DNA from: a virus
Taxonomy: Duplodnaviria > Caudoviricetes
DNA length: 56,836 nt
Virus record (IMG/VR): IMGVR_UViG_3300037155_000015
Span: 1-56,836 of that record
Strand: one strand, 5' to 3'
Position 1 is the first letter of the stretch; each line of letters opens with the position of its first letter. Positions 53,466-56,836 of the stretch are shown piece after piece. The position numbers were made by a program, and so were the translations under genes. Under the pieces are notes generated by a model, which worked only from the letters and a program-made list of their open reading frames with translations, was not told the DNA's origin and ran no database searches.

Positions 53466-53581
53466 TTTAGCTCCTTCCTACTTTTATTGTTCACAATCCT
53501 GCTTATTTGTGCCTCTGACACACCGAATCGGGATGCCAAATGTTTTGTGTAATTCTTAGGCAGGCTTATCGTCTGGTTCAT
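53462..53581 (-). CDS. 39-aa HTH-only ORF or remnant
   Basis: Not in the track. KHLASRFGVSEAQISRIVNNK; GAGGA RBS and ATGA overlap. Confidence 0.45.
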   Translation of the reverse strand: MNQTISLPKNYTKHLASRFGVSEAQISRIVNNKSRKELK

Positions 53582-53643
53582 GTGTTCCTCCGTGGAGAGA
53601 TATTGTAACTTCACGTACACATTACGCAAACAACAAGTTAAAG

Positions 53644-54774
53644 TCAGGCTATATTTGCTTCGCAGATAACGCTAATCTTACCCCGCGCGTCCAGATCGGA
53701 AACCCGGTCGTCGGCGCAAATGTCCTGAATTGCCTGAAGCGCGGTAGCAACGTCCTTAAACTTCGACTCTGCCAGTTTCCGGGCTTTCTCTGCCGCCTTC
53801 CGCTCAACCTCGGCCTTCTTCCGTGCGGCTTCGGCATCAACTGCGGCCTGCTGGTCGATTGCCCGCTGTTTCGCCGCCGCCTCGTCAAGTTGGCGCTTCA
53901 TCTCCGCCTCTGCCAGCTCTTCTTTCTCGCGGGCAATGCGAAGTATCTCGGCCCGCTTATCGGCCTCGATCTTCTGCTCGGCGGCGAAGGCAGCACGTTC
54001 CGCGTCCAGTTTGGCAAGAGCTTCGTCATTGACCCGTTTCTGCTCGTCAAGAATCGCCTGGCGTTTCTCAACCTCCACCTTTTCGATCGCTGCCAGCCGG
54101 TCCCGCTCTACCTGTTCTTCCGCGAGTCTGGCAACTTCCAGCAACCGGGCTTCTTCTTGTCGTTCGGCTTCGGCTTCCTGCTCGGACTTAATGACAGCGG
54201 CTTCCTCTTCGGCCTTCCGCATTGCCCCGAGAATTATGTTGATCTCCTTGACCGCTTCCGTCCGTGCTGCCTCTGCCCTCTCCCGGCATTCTCCGATGAA
54301 TTCCCCGCCCATTTCCTTGCTGATGATGAAGTCAAGGAAGGTCTGAATCTCCACAGCGGTCTTACCCATGCAACGAAGGGGAAGTTTGCCGATTTCCAGG
54401 ATCTTGTCATCGAGGATCTTTTGAGCGGCGGCAGCAATACGCGCCTTCTCGGCCTTCTCCTCTTCCTTGCGGGCCTCCTCGGCTTTGATCTGTGTGTCAA
54501 TCGGGGCTTCCAGAGCGTAGAGTTCGGCGGTGATCCTCTTGGCCTCGGCATCAATCAACCGGCACCGTTCCAGCGCCGGGGCCTTGATCTCGATCCGCTT
54601 CCTTTCCAGGTCGGTGCGAAGTGTGACCAATTCGCGCCGGTTGAACTTAGCCAGCGCCATGCCCGTGGCGTTGGTGACCTCGTAAGTTACGCCCTTAAGC
54701 CGGGCCTTCAATTCGTTCAGCCCTGCGGTTGTCGGACTGTATTCCGCAATCTCCGTTGTAATTCCTGTCGTCAT
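53644..54774 (-). CDS. Long coiled-coil early protein
   Basis: LERKRIEIKAPAL...IDAEAKRIT; E/A/K-rich. Confidence 0.75.
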   Translation of the reverse strand: MTTGITTEIAEYSPTTAGLNELKARLKGVTYEVTNATGMALAKFNRRELVTLRTDLERKRIEIKAPALERCRLIDAEAKRITAELYALEAPIDTQIKAEEARKEEEKAEKARIAAAAQKILDDKILEIGKLPLRCMGKTAVEIQTFLDFIISKEMGGEFIGECRERAEAARTEAVKEINIILGAMRKAEEEAAVIKSEQEAEAERQEEARLLEVARLAEEQVERDRLAAIEKVEVEKRQAILDEQKRVNDEALAKLDAERAAFAAEQKIEADKRAEILRIAREKEELAEAEMKRQLDEAAAKQRAIDQQAAVDAEAARKKAEVERKAAEKARKLAESKFKDVATALQAIQDICADDRVSDLDARGKISVICEANIA

Positions 54775-54804
54775 CTGTTATCCTCCCCTTGTGTTTCAGG
54801 ATTT

Positions 54805-54828
54805 AGCCCGTTCGTAGCGGGCTTTTTC
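54805..54828. terminator. Terminator-like hairpin
   Basis: AGCCCG-TTCGTAG-CGGGCT followed by a T run. Confidence 0.5.
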
Positions 54829-54829
54829 T

Positions 54830-55246
54830 TTATGCTACATCCATAAAATCGAACAGCGTCGGCATATTTGCCTCTTCTTCCGCCAGTTTCAGGTACCCGA
54901 CTCCATCCCGAAAATAATCAGCGTTCAGCTCGCAACCTTTACCATGCCGCCCCATCCTGACCGCCTTCTGCGGTACGCTCATGATGCCGCCGAAGGGGTC
55001 ATAAACCAGCTCACCTTTGTTGCTATATCGGGTGATGATCCTTTCAATTTCCAACTGCTGAATGGACTTGCCGAGACCGAAACTCTCAAAGATCGCTCGA
55101 CAACCGCCTTTGATCGCCCACTGTACAGCGTCGCGCTGATGGGGTTTCAGAATCGGATGGATCTCTGATGCTGCTATATCGAAGCCGGTTTCTTTGGCGA
55201 CTTCAATTTTACTCTTCAAGAATTCGAGATACTTCTCCATACTCAC
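54830..55246 (-). pseudogene. Internally deleted SNF2-helicase/DNA-methylase fusion
   Basis: N-half LKPHQRD...GLGKS (helicase Q/Walker A) joined directly to C-half YSNKGELVYDPFGG...GCELN (MTase motif I). Confidence 0.75.
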
Positions 55247-55473
55247 ACCCGCCTTTTCATCTGATCCAGCAAATTAAAAACTTCCTCTTGGTGCATGGCC
55301 GTTACCGCTGGTGTCAGCTCCGAGAACAGTTTACGGATCATCAGGGCCGCTTCCGTGTTCACCCGCTTGCAATTTTTGCAGGCTGGAATTTCCAACTTAG
55401 GAACCCCCGCATCGATGACTACCGGGGCTTCCATGGGGCTGCCACATTCGTAACAAATGGCGTCAAGGTGCAT
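55243..55473 (-). CDS. Small Zn-finger-like protein
   Basis: CYECG...CKNC. Confidence 0.55.
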   Translation of the reverse strand: MHLDAICYECGSPMEAPVVIDAGVPKLEIPACKNCKRVNTEAALMIRKLFSELTPAVTAMHQEEVFNLLDQMKRRV

Positions 55474-55486
55474 CTTCGTGCTCCCT

Positions 55487-55846
55487 TTATAGACTCTTGA
55501 GTGCGTCTAACTGGCATTGCCGCTCGGAGATTTCACTTTCCAGTTTTGCAATCTTCGCCTTGCGATGCTCTTCCTCTTCACGGTGTTCTCTCTCCAGCCT
55601 CTGCGTTTCGTTCTCGCTCGGAATAGCGGTAAAGAACCGACTGCCGAATCCTTCACGGGGCTGCACCGTCATCCCGTCGAAACCCATTTTCTTGCCGAGT
55701 GCCGCCCATGCCCTATTAGCGTTATCTTGCACAGACGAAGGATTACCGCACTGAAGCATAATCATGGGTACAGGTTTGAACGCTTCCATCAGCGTTGCTA
55801 AATCTTCCTCGGTCATTTCGTAATTTGTTCGTGGGTAAATGCTCAT
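55487..55846 (-). CDS. Hypothetical protein
   Basis: QDNANRAWAALGKKMGFD; RBS present. Confidence 0.7.
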   Translation of the reverse strand: MSIYPRTNYEMTEEDLATLMEAFKPVPMIMLQCGNPSSVQDNANRAWAALGKKMGFDGMTVQPREGFGSRFFTAIPSENETQRLEREHREEEEHRKAKIAKLESEISERQCQLDALKSL

Positions 55847-55859
55847 CTATATTCTCCTT

Positions 55860-56051
55860 TCAGTTCTTATCGAACAGATCATCAATCACGGTCTTCTCAG
55901 CGTCAGACAGCGGCTTCCTGCCAAGTTTCACTTTCTCCCAGACTCTCGGAAGGAACGAGTTGATGAAGGGAGTAGCCGGCAATCTCTCCGCGTTGAATTC
56001 AATCATGAGTTTCTGCACCTTCGTTTTATAGGCTGAACTTTCGTCAATCAC
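55860..56051 (-). CDS. Hypothetical protein
   Basis: GGAGG RBS with GTG start. Confidence 0.55.
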   Translation of the reverse strand: MIDESSAYKTKVQKLMIEFNAERLPATPFINSFLPRVWEKVKLGRKPLSDAEKTVIDDLFDKN

Positions 56052-56054
56052 TGG

Positions 56055-56204
56055 CTATCCTCCCAATTCTTCCAATTCGCGCTTGATTTCCTGAGTCCTG
56101 CGCCGCTTGGTCTTCTCCGGCTTCTCGCTGGCTCTGATTACCAGTTTAAGCCATGCGAGTTCAGCCCGGAGAGCGGTAATCTGTTTTGCTTTGGATGTTT
56201 TCAC
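56055..56204 (-). CDS. 49-aa basic hypothetical protein
   Basis: Not in the track. GTGA overlap; MKTSKAKQITALRAELAW. Confidence 0.45.
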   Translation of the reverse strand: MKTSKAKQITALRAELAWLKLVIRASEKPEKTKRRRTQEIKRELEELGG

Positions 56205-56491
56205 CAGCGCCCCCTCGCATCCTCGTAATCCGGCCCCTCACCGCAATCCTCAATCAGCAATTCCTCGATGCGCTCAAAATCATCAGCGGAGAGAGTGTCA
56301 TAGACATTCCGGCCGTGCTCGCTGAATACGGAGATAATCTCAATTTCAGGCTCGTCGTCTGGCTCAAGTTGAATGCCGGCGCCAGGCCTGCCGTTGAAAC
56401 TGTCGCGCGCTCCCTTGCATCCGGCGTAATAGGTGTACTCAACAGCCAGGGAGACACCGGAGAGACAGATTTCCGTGGTGGTTGATTTCAT
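56201..56491 (-). CDS. Hypothetical protein
   Basis: Start MKSTTTEI overlaps the stop of the origin-spanning gene. Confidence 0.65.
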   Translation of the reverse strand: MKSTTTEICLSGVSLAVEYTYYAGCKGARDSFNGRPGAGIQLEPDDEPEIEIISVFSEHGRNVYDTLSADDFERIEELLIEDCGEGPDYEDARGRW

Positions 56492-56761
56492 TTCTCTACT
56501 TCCTGAAATGCGCCGGTCTCGTCGAGGCAGTACCAGACCTCGGCCTTCAGCTTCCCGTCCGAACCATCGCCGCAACCGGTCTCAGCACAGCGCATTTCGC
56601 CACGATCCTCTGCCTTGTTCCACCAGGCCAGGGCGATGCAGCCGTATTTGCCGGCCATAGCTTTGCTATCGAGACCAGTTGCGACAGCAGCCGATCTGTC
56701 GCCGGTTGCCGATGATGCCGAGCTGTAGCCGGTTGCCGATGATGCCGAGCTGTAGCCGGTT
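56488..56761 (-). CDS. 3' part of the origin-spanning protein
   Basis: In frame across the junction. Ends ...GDRSAAVATGLDSKAMAGKYGCIALAWW...DGKLKAEVWYCLDETGAFQEVEK*. Confidence 0.85.
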
Positions 56762-56836
56762 GCCGATGATGCCGATCTGTCGCCGGTTGCCGATGATGCC
56801 GATCTGTAGCCGGTTGCCGATGATGCCGAGCTGTAG
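56690..56836. repeat. 27-bp tandem repeat, right part; 56762-56836 duplicates 1-75 (circular assembly overlap)
   Basis: Direct comparison shows the last 75 nt equal the first 75 nt. About 10 units remain after collapsing the overlap; true copy number is uncertain. Confidence 0.95.

Noticed and set aside
1-56836. Host assignment and alternative genetic code
   Set aside because: The host cannot be determined from the sequence alone. Genes are intact under the standard code, so recoding is not indicated.

Overview
The window looks like a complete circular dsDNA tailed-phage genome. Positions 1-75 are identical to 56762-56836, giving about 56,761 bp unique, and one ORF reads through the junction. 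Almost all genes are on the minus strand: early/replication genes, P22-like terminase and portal, an N4-gp56/DUF4043-like capsid, podovirus-type tail and ejection proteins including a 2577-aa polyvalent protein, and a lysis cluster. The main discovery is an array of ten integron-type attC sites at 40443-47296 that delimit nine gene cassettes. In eight of the nine cassettes the two ends are complementary over 7-11 bp (one with a mismatch), as expected for cassettes that have circularised. The cargo is phage genes, including three DNA methyltransferase cassettes, oriented antisense to the canonical attC strand. I recognise no IntI or other integrase in the genome. The lysogeny module appears broken: cI is split by an IS1-family transposase and lacks its native 3' end. 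Other points of interest are an anticodon-less tRNA-like element after the capsid gene, a GGDEF-like domain in the giant virion protein, a dual-frame C5 methyltransferase and an in-frame collapsed SNF2/methylase gene. All family assignments are from motif recognition by eye; no database searches were run.
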